DNA from: Desulfobacteraceae bacterium
GTDB lineage: Bacteria > Desulfobacterota > Desulfobacteria > Desulfobacterales > JAABSP01
NCBI GenBank assembly: GCA_011390065.1
Contig: JAABTD010000005.1
Location: forward strand, 339-64,338
Length of the DNA: 64,000 bases
Direction of reading: 5' to 3'
A model generated the notes under the pieces. That model made no database searches and was not told the DNA's origin. It saw only the letters and a program-made list of their open reading frames with translations. The position numbers and the translations under genes are program-made. Shown here in pieces: positions 46,098-55,951 of the stretch. Within the stretch, counting starts at the first letter, position 1. Each line of letters begins with the position of its first letter.

Positions 46098-49000
46098 GCA
46101 GGCTGCGCCTCCGACTTCACCGCCAGCAATCGGGCGATCTCCGTTGCTTCTTTTCTGGCCCTGGCGAAATCCAGCCTCTGGATATGATGCGAGAGTCGGG
46201 TCAACGGCGCTTCTCCTTCGGGCCATGGCCCCAGAGACCCCTTGAGGGCTTTAAAGGCCTCTTCCGCCTCCAGGTCATTGGCCAAAAGCAGCCTGTCCAG
46301 CGCAGTCAGCCGTTCATAAATGGCCGCATCTTCTGCTGTTCCCGCTTGAAATTTCCCGTCCGACAAATCTGTTTCCGGATCATCAAGGCCCCTGAGCGCA
46401 TCGTTCATCTCCATCAATCGACGGATCGCATCCAAAACCTTGCCAACCGCCTTTTCAAAACAGTCCACGACTCCGGGGTCGGCCTTCCCGGTTTTTCTGA
46501 GATCGTTTTCCAACTGCGCGGCGATGCCGGCCAGGGCGTCCGCGGAAATGTTGCCCGCTACGCCCTTGATGGCGTGAACCTGCTCGATCGCTGCATCGAC
46601 GTTTCCCCGTCCGAGCGCATCCCGGATCGATGAAGAGACGGTTTCATAATCCTCGGCAAAGGATGACAGAAGCCTCATATAAAGCGAGCGATTGCCGCTG
46701 AGACGATTAATCCCTGCCGAAACGTCGATCGCTTCCATTTGCGGCCACGCGTCCGGGGACGGGTTGTCGGGCCCAGCCTCGGTCGGCGCCACTGCAATCC
46801 AGTGGGATAATACGGTCAGCAGTTCCTCGACATTGACGGGTTTGGTCACATAATCATCCATGCCGGCGGCCAGACATTTTTCCCGATCCCCTTTAAGGGC
46901 ATGGGCGGTCATGGCGATGATGGGCAGATTGCGATGTTTCAGGTCCCGGCGAATCTTTCGCGTCGCCTGGTATCCGTCCATCTCCGGCATCTGGATGTCC
47001 ATCAGCACGGCGTCGAAATCGGTTCGCTGAATGGCGGACACAGCCGCCTGGCCATTTTCAGCCGTCTCCACGATCATCCCGGCATGGGTCAAAATTTCCG
47101 CAGCCACCTGCTGATTGATAGGATTGTCCTCCACGATCAGGACCCGCGCGCCGCCGACATCGCCATGAATCGGGATTTCGTCCGCTGCTGAAACGCTTTC
47201 GTCCGGTGAAGCCGTCTCGACGCCGAACACGCCCATGAGGGTATCGAACAGGACCGACGTCTTAATGGGCTTGATCAGAAAACCGTCTACCCCGAGGCTT
47301 TCAGCCTGCTGCATCACCTCTTCCCGTCCAAAGGCGGTCATCATCAACACCGGCAGATCCGGCAGGCTCGGATCATCGTGGACCTGCTTCAGGAGGGCGA
47401 TGCCGTCCATTTCGGGCATCATCCAATCGACGATCAGCAGATCGAAAGCGCCCTCCCCTCCCCTCGCCTTCATGGCCTCCAGCGCCGCGGACCCGGACTC
47501 GGCGCCGAAAGGCCGGAATCCGAAGGACCGAAGGGCTTGCTGAACGATCTCTCTGGCGGCGGCGTTATCGTCCACCACCAGGATGCATTTTCCGCTCAGC
47601 GATCGGGGCGCTTCAGGTTTCGCATCCACGCGGCTCTCCGGCAGATCGAACCGGGCTGTAAAATTGAAGGCGGCGCCTTTGCCCGGTTCGCTCAGGACGC
47701 TGATCTCGCCGTTCATCATCTCCACCAGCCGTTTGGAGATGGCCAGACCCAAACCGGTGCCGCCGTATTTCCGCGTGGTGGAACCATCGGCCTGGCTGAA
47801 GGGCGAAAAAATGCCCCGGATCGCTTCCCGGCCGATGCCGATCCCGCTGTCTTTCACCGTAAACCTGAGCCGCACCCGATCTGCATCTTTATGCAGCAGA
47901 GACGCCCGAACCGCCACGTCCCCTTTGTCTGTAAACTTGACGGCGTTGTTGGCAAGATTGGTCAACACCTGGGTCAACCGCAGCGGGTCGCCGATCAGCG
48001 CTCTCGGCACGTCCTCGTCCGCCGACACCACCAGTTCAATCCCTTTTTCACCGACTTTGCCGGACAGCATGTCCGCGAGGTTTTCCAGTTTTTCCTGCAA
48101 ATCGAACTCAGTCCTCTCCAACTCCATTCGTCCGGCTTCGATTTTGGAAAAGTCGAGAATATTGTTGATGATCTCCAGCAGGGTGCGGCCGGACAATTTG
48201 ACCTTCCGGAGATAATCCCGCTGTTTGGCGGACAGATCGGTTCGCAGGCTCAGGTCGGTCAAGCCGATGATGGCGTTGAGCGGCGTGCGAATCTCATGGC
48301 TCATGTTGGCCAGAAAATCGCTCTTGGCCCGGGTGGCCGCTTCTGCGGCTTCCTTGTCGATTTTCAGTTCTTCGGCTCGTTTTCGCTGTGTGATGTCCTC
48401 CAGGATGCCCTCATAATAGATGCGGTTGTCTTCCTTGTTTCGCACGATATGCGCATTGAGGGAAACGTGTATGACGACGCCGTCCTTCCGGTAGAACCGG
48501 GTTTCAAAATTCTGGACCCGTCCCCGGCGTTCCATGATGCGTTTGAATTCATCGCGCTTTTCGGGATCGACATAAAGCTGTTCCCGCAGATCCGTGACCT
48601 GTTGAAGCAGTTCTTCTTCGGAATCGTATCCCACGATGCGGGCGAACGCGGGATTCACAGCAAGAAATCCGCCTTCCGGCGTCGTCTGGAAGATGCCCTC
48701 GGTGGCGTTCTCGAAGATGGATCGGTAGTTTTCCTCCGATGCCCGCAATGCTTGTTCAACTTTTTTCCGGGCCGTGATGTCCCGGGAGTTCTCCACCACC
48801 ATTTTGGGACGACCATCGGGATGCCATGCCGTGACGCTGGTGGTGCACCAGAAAATCAGATGGTCGCCGTTCACAGAGACGGCGTCGGTCTCGTGTTCGT
48901 GAATTTTCCCGTCCGCAAAAGATTTGAGGGCGATGCAGTGCTCACAGGGTTCGGACCGCCGGCGAAAAACCTCGAAGCACTTCTTGCCGATCATCTCGCG

Positions 49001-49843
49001 CCCAAACAACCGTTTGGCGATGTCGTTGGCCCAGACGATGGTCAGAGTCTCGTCGATCATGCTCATCCGGTCAGTGATGGAATCCATGATCCCGGTCAGT
49101 TCGGCCTGGTTTTCCCGCAGATGTTTTTCGATCTGCCTCCGTTCCCGGATCTCGCTCTGAAGGTCCTCGTTGGCTTCCGCCAGTTCCCGGGTCCTCTCCG
49201 TCACCCGTTGTTCGAGTTCATCGTGGGCCTGGCCCAGCGCCTCTTCGGCCTGTTTTCGTTCCGTGATATCCATGGCGATGCACAGATACCCGCTGATCCA
49301 CCCTTCCGGATCCCACAGGGCATTGATGGTCATATTGACCGGAAAGGCCGTTCCGTCCCGCCGCACATAGGTCCATTCCGACTGATCGGACCAGTTTCGC
49401 AGCGCGTATTCATACAGAAGATGATGGCTCGGGATGCCGAGGATTTTGCCCCGGCGGGTCAGTTCCGATTCCGCATGGAAAATTTCCGGGGTCTGTCGCC
49501 CGAGGACCTCATCTGCCCGGTAGCCCAGCAGATTCTCGGCGCCGGCGTTGAATACGGTGATGACGCCTTCCTGATCGGCGGCGATGATGGAGATCTGAGA
49601 CGCGGAATTGAGCACCGCCTCCCGCTGGGCATTGGCCGACTGGAAACGGCGGAGGATTTTTTCGGTCTCTTCGAACTGCCGGACGACCAGGTCGGCGGTT
49701 ATCTCGGCCGCCTCCCTGGAGACGCGGATCTCCTCCCGCAGCAGCCGGTTTTCCTCAATCAGCGCGGCCGCCTGGTCGGGGTGCACGCCCATGGCTTGCC
49801 GAGAGGGCGCCTGGGGGGTGATGATCTCTAGTGAACGGTGCAT
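46094..49843 (-). CDS. PAS-rich hybrid sensor histidine kinase (multiple PAS, HisKA, HATPase, 2x REC, HPt)
   Basis: Several PAS/PAC segments. [31 protein letters not shown] and GTGLGLAI. Two receivers ([14 protein letters not shown]; [15 protein letters not shown]). HPt [13 protein letters not shown]. No TM helix at the N-terminus. Confidence 0.9.
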   Translation of the reverse strand: MHRSLEIITPQAPSRQAMGVHPDQAAALIEENRLLREEIRVSREAAEITADLVVRQFEETEKILRRFQSANAQREAVLNSASQISIIAADQEGVITVFNAGAENLLGYRADEVLGRQTPEIFHAESELTRRGKILGIPSHHLLYEYALRNWSDQSEWTYVRRDGTAFPVNMTINALWDPEGWISGYLCIAMDITERKQAEEALGQAHDELEQRVTERTRELAEANEDLQSEIRERRQIEKHLRENQAELTGIMDSITDRMSMIDETLTIVWANDIAKRLFGREMIGKKCFEVFRRRSEPCEHCIALKSFADGKIHEHETDAVSVNGDHLIFWCTTSVTAWHPDGRPKMVVENSRDITARKKVEQALRASEENYRSIFENATEGIFQTTPEGGFLAVNPAFARIVGYDSEEELLQQVTDLREQLYVDPEKRDEFKRIMERRGRVQNFETRFYRKDGVVIHVSLNAHIVRNKEDNRIYYEGILEDITQRKRAEELKIDKEAAEAATRAKSDFLANMSHEIRTPLNAIIGLTDLSLRTDLSAKQRDYLRKVKLSGRTLLEIINNILDFSKIEAGRMELERTEFDLQEKLENLADMLSGKVGEKGIELVVSADEDVPRALIGDPLRLTQVLTNLANNAVKFTDKGDVAVRASLLHKDADRVRLRFTVKDSGIGIGREAIRGIFSPFSQADGSTTRKYGGTGLGLAISKRLVEMMNGEISVLSEPGKGAAFNFTARFDLPESRVDAKPEAPRSLSGKCILVVDDNAAAREIVQQALRSFGFRPFGAESGSAALEAMKARGGEGAFDLLIVDWMMPEMDGIALLKQVHDDPSLPDLPVLMMTAFGREEVMQQAESLGVDGFLIKPIKTSVLFDTLMGVFGVETASPDESVSAADEIPIHGDVGGARVLIVEDNPINQQVAAEILTHAGMIVETAENGQAAVSAIQRTDFDAVLMDIQMPEMDGYQATRKIRRDLKHRNLPIIAMTAHALKGDREKCLAAGMDDYVTKPVNVEELLTVLSHWIAVAPTEAGPDNPSPDAWPQMEAIDVSAGINRLSGNRSLYMRLLSSFAEDYETVSSSIRDALGRGNVDAAIEQVHAIKGVAGNISADALAGIAAQLENDLRKTGKADPGVVDCFEKAVGKVLDAIRRLMEMNDALRGLDDPETDLSDGKFQAGTAEDAAIYERLTALDRLLLANDLEAEEAFKALKGSLGPWPEGEAPLTRLSHHIQRLDFARARKEATEIARLLAVKSEAQPA

Positions 49844-51330
49844 ACCAGACAGGGATCGAAGGATCTCACGATGAGTTCGGCCTCCAGGGGATCGTCCGGG
49901 TTTCGGACCGGCGCGCCGACGAGCGCCTCTTCGATGGGGCCCCGCAGACCGTTGCCGTCCCGGGGAGAACCGTTCCAGGTCGTCGGCGTAATCACCTGAT
50001 AGGACTGAATGCGGCCGTTGTCGACGGCGACCCAGTGGCCCAGAGACCCCCGGGGCGCTTCCACCAGTCCAAAGCCCTTCCCGCGTTCAATGTCAGGCGC
50101 GTCGTTGTAAAAGAGCCCCTTATTCCGGCTCAGTTCCCGGAGCCACGTCTCCATCGCCGGAAGCGTCCGGCAGGATCGGACCATTCGCGCCAGTTGTCGG
50201 ACAAAAACGGAGGGGCCTTCCTCCCGGACAAGTTGCGTCAAAAGGGGGTCTCCTGCCAGAAGCATCTGGGCCAGGGGACCGGTTTCTGCCGGCAGCCCGT
50301 CATACCGTGGGGCTTTTGCCCACGAATATTGTCGTTTTTCATTGCCGGCGGCATAGGGTTGGGTGACGCCGTCGAACGGATGGCGCGGCGGCCCGTATTC
50401 GGTAAACCAGGAACAATCGATGGACTCGGTGATCCGCTTCTGATCCAGGGGGGCGATCTTTCCCCTGCTGTAAAATCCCGGCGGAAAAAGTTCCCCATCT
50501 CTGCCGAGAGAAGCGACGGCGCTGTCCCGGGGTATGACCAGGCCGCCGAATCCCATAAAATGGGGGTGTCCGGCCCCCATTTTATGAAGGCCTGCCGTCC
50601 GGGCGAACCGAATGAAAAACCCCAGCTCACTCTTCCGGTGGGCGTCGGATGCCGTCAGCCACGCCTTGAGATCGGCCCGGCAGGTCACCTCCGACCACCG
50701 CTCCAGGGAACATCCCAGCACCCGTTCCTCGTACCAGCGCCGGTAATGACGGGCCAGATGCCGGCACTGACTGATGTCGTTGGGACTGGGCAGGCAGACC
50801 ACGCCGCCGGGAACCATAAAGGACGAATGGGGCCATTGCCCCCCCAGGACGGCGATGATTTCCAGAAGGGAGCGGCTTTCGGCAACCGCCTGCAGGACGC
50901 TTGCCCCTTTCATGGGTTCATAACGACGCCTGGCTTCCTTATGCAAAGGATGGTCCGCGAAGCCCGGGCGGGTGAAATCGGCCATGAAAAGCTGAACCGC
51001 CTGGCGGATATCGTTCTGGATCATCTCCGCCATGAGCGCAATGTTCCGGATTCGCAAGGCGTTTCCAGGTATGCGGACCCCGCAGACCATGTCCAGGGCG
51101 CGGGCCGCGGCCGCCAGGTGGGCCGTGGTGCAGATCCCGCAGATCCGGGGGGTGATCACCAGACCGTCCAGAGGGCCCCTGCCCTTCAGGATGTTTTCGA
51201 AGCCCCGGTACATGCTGCCCGTACACCAGGCATCCCGGATGGCCCCGTCTTCGATCTGGAGATGGACTTTCAGATCGCCTTCGACCCGGTTGAAGGGAAA
51301 TATGCGGATATGTTTTTTCTCTGTCGGCAT
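49828..51330 (-). CDS. [NiFe]-hydrogenase large subunit, sensory type (no C-terminal extension)
   Basis: RICGICTTAH near the N-terminus. The protein ends exactly at DPCLVCTVH-stop. The stop region overlaps the kinase start by 16 nt. Confidence 0.9.
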   Translation of the reverse strand: MPTEKKHIRIFPFNRVEGDLKVHLQIEDGAIRDAWCTGSMYRGFENILKGRGPLDGLVITPRICGICTTAHLAAAARALDMVCGVRIPGNALRIRNIALMAEMIQNDIRQAVQLFMADFTRPGFADHPLHKEARRRYEPMKGASVLQAVAESRSLLEIIAVLGGQWPHSSFMVPGGVVCLPSPNDISQCRHLARHYRRWYEERVLGCSLERWSEVTCRADLKAWLTASDAHRKSELGFFIRFARTAGLHKMGAGHPHFMGFGGLVIPRDSAVASLGRDGELFPPGFYSRGKIAPLDQKRITESIDCSWFTEYGPPRHPFDGVTQPYAAGNEKRQYSWAKAPRYDGLPAETGPLAQMLLAGDPLLTQLVREEGPSVFVRQLARMVRSCRTLPAMETWLRELSRNKGLFYNDAPDIERGKGFGLVEAPRGSLGHWVAVDNGRIQSYQVITPTTWNGSPRDGNGLRGPIEEALVGAPVRNPDDPLEAELIVRSFDPCLVCTVH

Positions 51331-51345
51331 ACGCCGAAACCTTTT

Positions 51346-52284
51346 TTAAATGCCGGTTTTTCGTTTTTTGAGCCGCTGGGGAGCTGCGGCCGCCGCCATT
51401 CCCTTGTAGGCCAGATAATGCGCCCGCCCCACCCCGTCGGGCAAATCGATGGGGATGCCCTCGATGTTCCGCGTCTTGAAAAACGGGTACTGCTGAGGAA
51501 AGTCGGGGCGGGTGCAGCCGAAACAGGGGACGCCCACCCGGGTCTTGGACGACCGACCGTTCCACAGGATCTTGTTGCAGGGACCCTGAACCAGCGGTCC
51601 ATGGCATCCGAGGTAAAAAAACATGCACCCTTTCTCGCCGAACCGTTTTTCCTCGACCCGGAACTCGTGATATTCGTTGCGGGTGCAGCCCTGATGGACC
51701 ATCATGCCGTACCATTCCAGGGGCGTCCCATAGTCCCCCAGCTCGATGTTCGCGCCTTCCGCCAGTTGAGAAAGGATCCCCGTCACCACATCGCAATGGC
51801 AGGGGCACCCCGGCAGGTTGATGACGGGCGTTCCCTGGAGGGTTTGGAAGTCCGGCCCCAGGAAGCCGCCTTTGTCCCACTTGTGATACTGGACCCCGGT
51901 GGCCTCGATCTCCCCGTCGGACCCGATGCCGCCGAAGCTGGCGCAGGTGCCGACGGCGACGATGCAGCGGGCTTTCCGGGCCAGGGTCGCCACCAGGTCC
52001 TTTTTGGGCCGACCATATGCTTCGTCGTACATTCCGGTCCCCCCCGGCCCCCGGATGACCGATCCCTCGATGCAGAGCACATCGAGGGGCCGCTGATCCG
52101 AAGTCAGCTCCGCCAGGAGGTGTTCCTGCTCCGCCAGGGACATCGCGGAAATGGACGGGTGCCACAGCAATTCAATATCGAGCATCCCGAACAGCTCGGG
52201 AAGATGAGGCGATCGCGCGTTGAACAGCGACCAGGTGTCGCCCCCGCACCCGCCGCACTGGAGCCAGTAAAGGGATAATGTCAT
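51346..52284 (-). CDS. [NiFe]-hydrogenase small subunit, no Tat signal
   Basis: MTLSLYWLQCGGCGGD, GTCASFGG, GCPCH and further Cys clusters (GCHGP..GPC, CFGC). Start chosen 4 nt after the polA stop; the track's upstream ATG would overlap polA. Confidence 0.85.
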   Translation of the reverse strand: MTLSLYWLQCGGCGGDTWSLFNARSPHLPELFGMLDIELLWHPSISAMSLAEQEHLLAELTSDQRPLDVLCIEGSVIRGPGGTGMYDEAYGRPKKDLVATLARKARCIVAVGTCASFGGIGSDGEIEATGVQYHKWDKGGFLGPDFQTLQGTPVINLPGCPCHCDVVTGILSQLAEGANIELGDYGTPLEWYGMMVHQGCTRNEYHEFRVEEKRFGEKGCMFFYLGCHGPLVQGPCNKILWNGRSSKTRVGVPCFGCTRPDFPQQYPFFKTRNIEGIPIDLPDGVGRAHYLAYKGMAAAAAPQRLKKRKTGI

Positions 52285-52288
52285 GGTC

Positions 52289-54982
52289 TCAATGCGCCTC
52301 CGTCCAGTTTTCCCCGACGCCCACATTGACCTTCAACGGCGCCCGCAGGTCCCACACCCCTTCCATGATCTCCTTCACCAGATCTTCCAGGACCTTCAGT
52401 TCCTCCGGCGGCGCTTCGAAGATCAGTTCGTCGTGGACGGTCAGGAGCATGGCGGATTGGAACGCCTTTTCCGCGATGGCGTTCTCCACCCGGATCATGG
52501 CCAGCTTAAGGAGGTCGGCGGCGGTGCCTTGGATGGGGGTGTTGAGGGCGATCCGCTCGGCGAACTGGCGGACGTTCCGGTTGGCGCTGTCGATCTCGGC
52601 CAGCAACCGGATGCGGCCCAGGAGGGTGCTGGTCCGGCGGGTCTTCCGGGCGTCTTCGACGGCCCTTTCCATGAACTTTTTGACCCCCTTGTACCGGTCG
52701 AAATAGTGGTCGATATAGGTTCCGGCCATCTGCCGGCTGATGCCCAGTTGTTGGGACAGCCCATGGGCGCTCATGCCATAGATGATGCCGAAGTTGATGG
52801 CCTTGGCCTGCCGCCGCAGTTCCGGCGTCACCGCCTCCTGGGCGACTTCGAAGACCTCGGCGGCGGTTCGGGTATGGATGTCCTCTTCTTTTTCGAATGA
52901 TTCGATGAGGATCGGATCTTCGGAATAATGGGCCAGAATGCGCAGTTCGATCTGGGAATAATCGGCCGCCATCAGCCGCCACCCCTTCCGCGGGATAAAG
53001 GCGCTGCGGATCTGCCGCCCTTCTTCGTCCCGGACGGGAATGTTCTGGAGGTTGGGGTCCGACGAACTCAACCGGCCGGTGGCGGTAACGGTCTGGTTGA
53101 AGGAGGTGTGGACCCGTCCGGTCTTTGGATCGCACATCTCCAGCAACGCGTCGGCATAGGTCGATTTGAGCTTTGAGATCGTTCGGTGGCGAAGCACCAT
53201 GGCCGGCAGTTCGTGCTGGGTCGCCAGCAGGGTGAGCACCTCCACATCGGTGGAATATCCGGTTTTTTTCTTGGTTTTTTTCTGCACCGGCAGGCCCAGC
53301 CGCTCGAACAGGATCACCCCCAGTTGCTGGGAAGATTTGATGTTGAACCGTTCACCGGCCACTTCGCAGATGGTTTCTTCGAGCCGTTCCAGCTCATCGG
53401 CAAAGCTCCGGGAAAGGGTCTTCAGCCGTTCCCGATCGACGCAGATGCCCCGCCGTTCCATTTTCATGAGCACCGGAACCAGGGGCATTTCCACTGTTTC
53501 CATGAGCCGGGCCACGCCGATCTTTTCCAGCTGCTCACGCAGGATCTGGTACGCCCTGAAGGTCACATCGGCGTCCTCGCAGGCATAAGTCGCGGCTTTG
53601 TCCACAGCCACCTCGCTGAAGAGGATCCCCTTTTTGCCGCCGCCGCCCGTCACCTCCGCATAGGTGATGGTCTTGTGGTTCAGGAAATCGAGGGCGATCT
53701 GATCCAGGTTGTGGTTCCGCTTGGAGGGATTGACCAGGTAAGACGCCACCATGGTATCGAAGTCAACTCCGGCCAGATCGACGCCGCAGCGGGACAGGAC
53801 GACCCAGTCGTATTTGATGTTCTGCCCGACCTTTTTCAGCCCGTTGTCCTGGAGGATGGGCTTGAGGGCTTCCAGGACCGCCTCGCAGGGGAGCTGCTCC
53901 GGGGCCCCCATGTAATGGTGGCCGCAGGGAATATACCAGGCTTTGTGGGGTTCGCAGGAGAAAGACAGCCCCACCAGCCGGGCTTCCATGGGGTTTTCAG
54001 ACGTTGTTTCAGTATCCAGGGCGAAACGTCCGGCGGACCGCAGCGCCGATACCAGCGCCTCCAGGTCTTCCATGGTGAAAATCGTCCGGTAAGTGGTGTC
54101 GACGGGGTCCGGATCCTCGCCCGGGAATTCCCGCTGAAGCTGGTTGAATTCCAGGGTCTTGAACAGGGTGAAGAGCTTGGCTTTATCCGGCTCGGTGAAT
54201 CGGAAGTTCCTGGGGTCGCTTTCTTCAGGGAGCAGATCCACCCTGGTCTCGATGGTGGCCAGTCGGCGGCTCAGAAACGCCTGATCCCGGAAGTTGATCA
54301 GGTTTTCCTTCTGCTTTTTCCGGGTGATGCTCTGGACGTTTTCATAGAGCCCCTCCATGGAACCGAATTGTTGCATCAGGGCCACGGCCGTCTTCTGGCC
54401 GATGCCGGGCACGCCGGGGATGTTGTCGGACGCGTCGCCGGCAAGGCCCAGCACATCGGCCATCCGCTCCGGTTCGATGCCGAAGGATTCCCGCACGGCG
54501 TCGAGGTCCGTGACCTTGTCTTTCATGGGATCCCACAAGCTGGCCTCTTCCCGCACCAGTTGGACGAAATCCTTGTCCCCTGTCACCATGATCACGTCAA
54601 ACCCTTCGGACACCGCCTTTTCCGAAAGGGTTCCGATGAGATCATCCGCCTCGAATCCGGTTTTCTGGATCATCGGCAGGTTAAAGCCCTTGACGACCTG
54701 ATGGATGTAAGGGATCTGTTCCGCCATGTCTTTGGGCATGGGAGGACGGTTGGCTTTGTAATCCTTGTAGATTTCGTGCCGGAACGTGGGTCCCTTGGCG
54801 TCGAAGAACACGGCGGCGTATTCCGGCTTTTTCTCCTGCATGAGCTTCAGGAGCATCCGGGTGAAGCCGAAAACCGCATTGGTGGGCAGTCCTTTGGAGT
54901 TGGTCAGGCCGCGAATGGCGTGGTAGGCCCGGTGGATGTAGGCCGTCCCGTCGATCAAATAAAGCGTTTTGCGTGGCGTCAT
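52289..54982 (-). CDS. polA: DNA polymerase I
   Basis: 5'-nuclease N-terminus (LIDGTAYIHRAYHA), a 3'-5' exonuclease region (LDTETTS) and polymerase motifs (DYSQIELR, KAINFGIIYG, VHDE). Confidence 0.95.
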   Translation of the reverse strand: MTPRKTLYLIDGTAYIHRAYHAIRGLTNSKGLPTNAVFGFTRMLLKLMQEKKPEYAAVFFDAKGPTFRHEIYKDYKANRPPMPKDMAEQIPYIHQVVKGFNLPMIQKTGFEADDLIGTLSEKAVSEGFDVIMVTGDKDFVQLVREEASLWDPMKDKVTDLDAVRESFGIEPERMADVLGLAGDASDNIPGVPGIGQKTAVALMQQFGSMEGLYENVQSITRKKQKENLINFRDQAFLSRRLATIETRVDLLPEESDPRNFRFTEPDKAKLFTLFKTLEFNQLQREFPGEDPDPVDTTYRTIFTMEDLEALVSALRSAGRFALDTETTSENPMEARLVGLSFSCEPHKAWYIPCGHHYMGAPEQLPCEAVLEALKPILQDNGLKKVGQNIKYDWVVLSRCGVDLAGVDFDTMVASYLVNPSKRNHNLDQIALDFLNHKTITYAEVTGGGGKKGILFSEVAVDKAATYACEDADVTFRAYQILREQLEKIGVARLMETVEMPLVPVLMKMERRGICVDRERLKTLSRSFADELERLEETICEVAGERFNIKSSQQLGVILFERLGLPVQKKTKKKTGYSTDVEVLTLLATQHELPAMVLRHRTISKLKSTYADALLEMCDPKTGRVHTSFNQTVTATGRLSSSDPNLQNIPVRDEEGRQIRSAFIPRKGWRLMAADYSQIELRILAHYSEDPILIESFEKEEDIHTRTAAEVFEVAQEAVTPELRRQAKAINFGIIYGMSAHGLSQQLGISRQMAGTYIDHYFDRYKGVKKFMERAVEDARKTRRTSTLLGRIRLLAEIDSANRNVRQFAERIALNTPIQGTAADLLKLAMIRVENAIAEKAFQSAMLLTVHDELIFEAPPEELKVLEDLVKEIMEGVWDLRAPLKVNVGVGENWTEAH

Positions 54983-55017
54983 GTTGTCTTATCCGCTCCG
55001 GCAGAAGTTGGATGGCA

Positions 55018-55046
55018 TTGACAAATTCGGATGAAACCGGTATCAC
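55018..55046 (+). promoter_or_regulatory. possible sigma70-type promoter for the Cys-rich small ORF
   Basis: TTGACA, 17 nt, TATCAC, about 40 nt upstream of the ATG at 55086. Confidence 0.3.
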
Positions 55047-55085
55047 CCGAACCCGGATCTACAATCGCAAGAAAGAGTATCATTG

Positions 55086-55331
55086 ATGACCCCAAATAAC
55101 AATACGGCGTCGGAACGACCCGTTGCCGCCATGAGCCGCGCTCGACGCCGACGGCAAAAAGAGACGGTCTGTCACTGTTGCGGAGACATTTTCCCCTTCT
55201 GCTGGCGGTGCCGTTGCGGGTTCGCCATCTGTCAGGCGTGCATGCTGGAAAACTTCTGGGGGATGTCGTGCAACGGCATCACCTGGAAATGCCCGGATTG
55301 CGGCCAATGGAACGGATACGGCAACCAGTAG
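55086..55331 (+). CDS. small Cys-rich zinc-ribbon-like protein
   Basis: 81 aa. Basic N-terminus, then CHCCGDIFPFCWRCRCGFAICQACMLENFWGMSCNGITWKCPDCGQWNG. Twelve Cys, including paired CxxC motifs. Confidence 0.45.
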   Translation: MTPNNNTASERPVAAMSRARRRRQKETVCHCCGDIFPFCWRCRCGFAICQACMLENFWGMSCNGITWKCPDCGQWNGYGNQ

Positions 55332-55359
55332 CGGCGAAACAGATTTCGCCCATAGATAG

Positions 55360-55941
55360 CTACCCCTGGACCCGCCAGTCGCCGCCCGGCCCCTGGATTT
55401 TTTCTCCGGGCAGGGCGTTTTCGACATTGAGCCGGCCGAAAATGCGGCGCACCTCCGGCAGTTGTTCTTCCGACAGATGCTCGCTGGTCTCAATCACCCG
55501 ACGCATCACCACCTCCCGGGCCTCGTTGCACCGGGACACCACCGCCTCGAATTCCTCACCGGTATATCGCGCGGCAAATTCCGCCAGATCCGGGGGCGGC
55601 AATGCGGCCTTCATATCGAAAGAGGTCAGCAACCCCTCGTTGTTCTCCCCGACCCAGCCCAGCCGTTTGAATGCCTGGAGGTCGTCGGCGTGAAAGGCCA
55701 GCACCTGCAGGGCGGTGATGGCGTCCCGGTGCTCCTGGCTGTGGCGGGGCGGTTTCCGGATTTCTCCACGGGCATCCACCCCCCGGACCGAGGCCGCTAA
55801 AAGCATCTCACGGTCCAGGGCGTTATAGGCGCCCAGCACCTGATTTTCCAGGGTCGTGCGCTCGCTGACCACTTCCACCTTGACATCCGCCAGGGTGCAG
55901 CCGCACAAGGCCGCCAACAGCAGCGCAATCCAATTTCTCAT
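55360..55941 (-). CDS. DUF1318/YdbL-like periplasmic lipoprotein
   Basis: AAGGAG Shine-Dalgarno. Lipobox LLLAALCGC. GWVGENNEGLL and EAVVSRCNEAREVVMRRV resemble the DUF1318 pattern. Lies 10 nt downstream of the YdbH-like gene. Confidence 0.6.
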   Translation of the reverse strand: MRNWIALLLAALCGCTLADVKVEVVSERTTLENQVLGAYNALDREMLLAASVRGVDARGEIRKPPRHSQEHRDAITALQVLAFHADDLQAFKRLGWVGENNEGLLTSFDMKAALPPPDLAEFAARYTGEEFEAVVSRCNEAREVVMRRVIETSEHLSEEQLPEVRRIFGRLNVENALPGEKIQGPGGDWRVQG

Positions 55942-55951
55942 GGTCTTCTCC

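Noticed and set aside
51346-52326. The longer hydrogenase small-subunit start at 52326 (MWASGKTGRRRIET..), whose RRR could be read as a Tat-like signal.
   Set aside because: This start would overlap the polA 3' end by 38 nt. The segment lacks the hydrophobic h-region and the RRxFxK context of Tat leaders. The ATG at 52284 gives the canonical N-terminus.
55080-55493. The 137-aa minus-strand ORF opposite the Cys-rich small ORF.
   Set aside because: It is a featureless Arg/Ala/Ser-rich translation. The plus-strand frame has structured CxxC motifs and a promoter-like element. Neither frame is proven.
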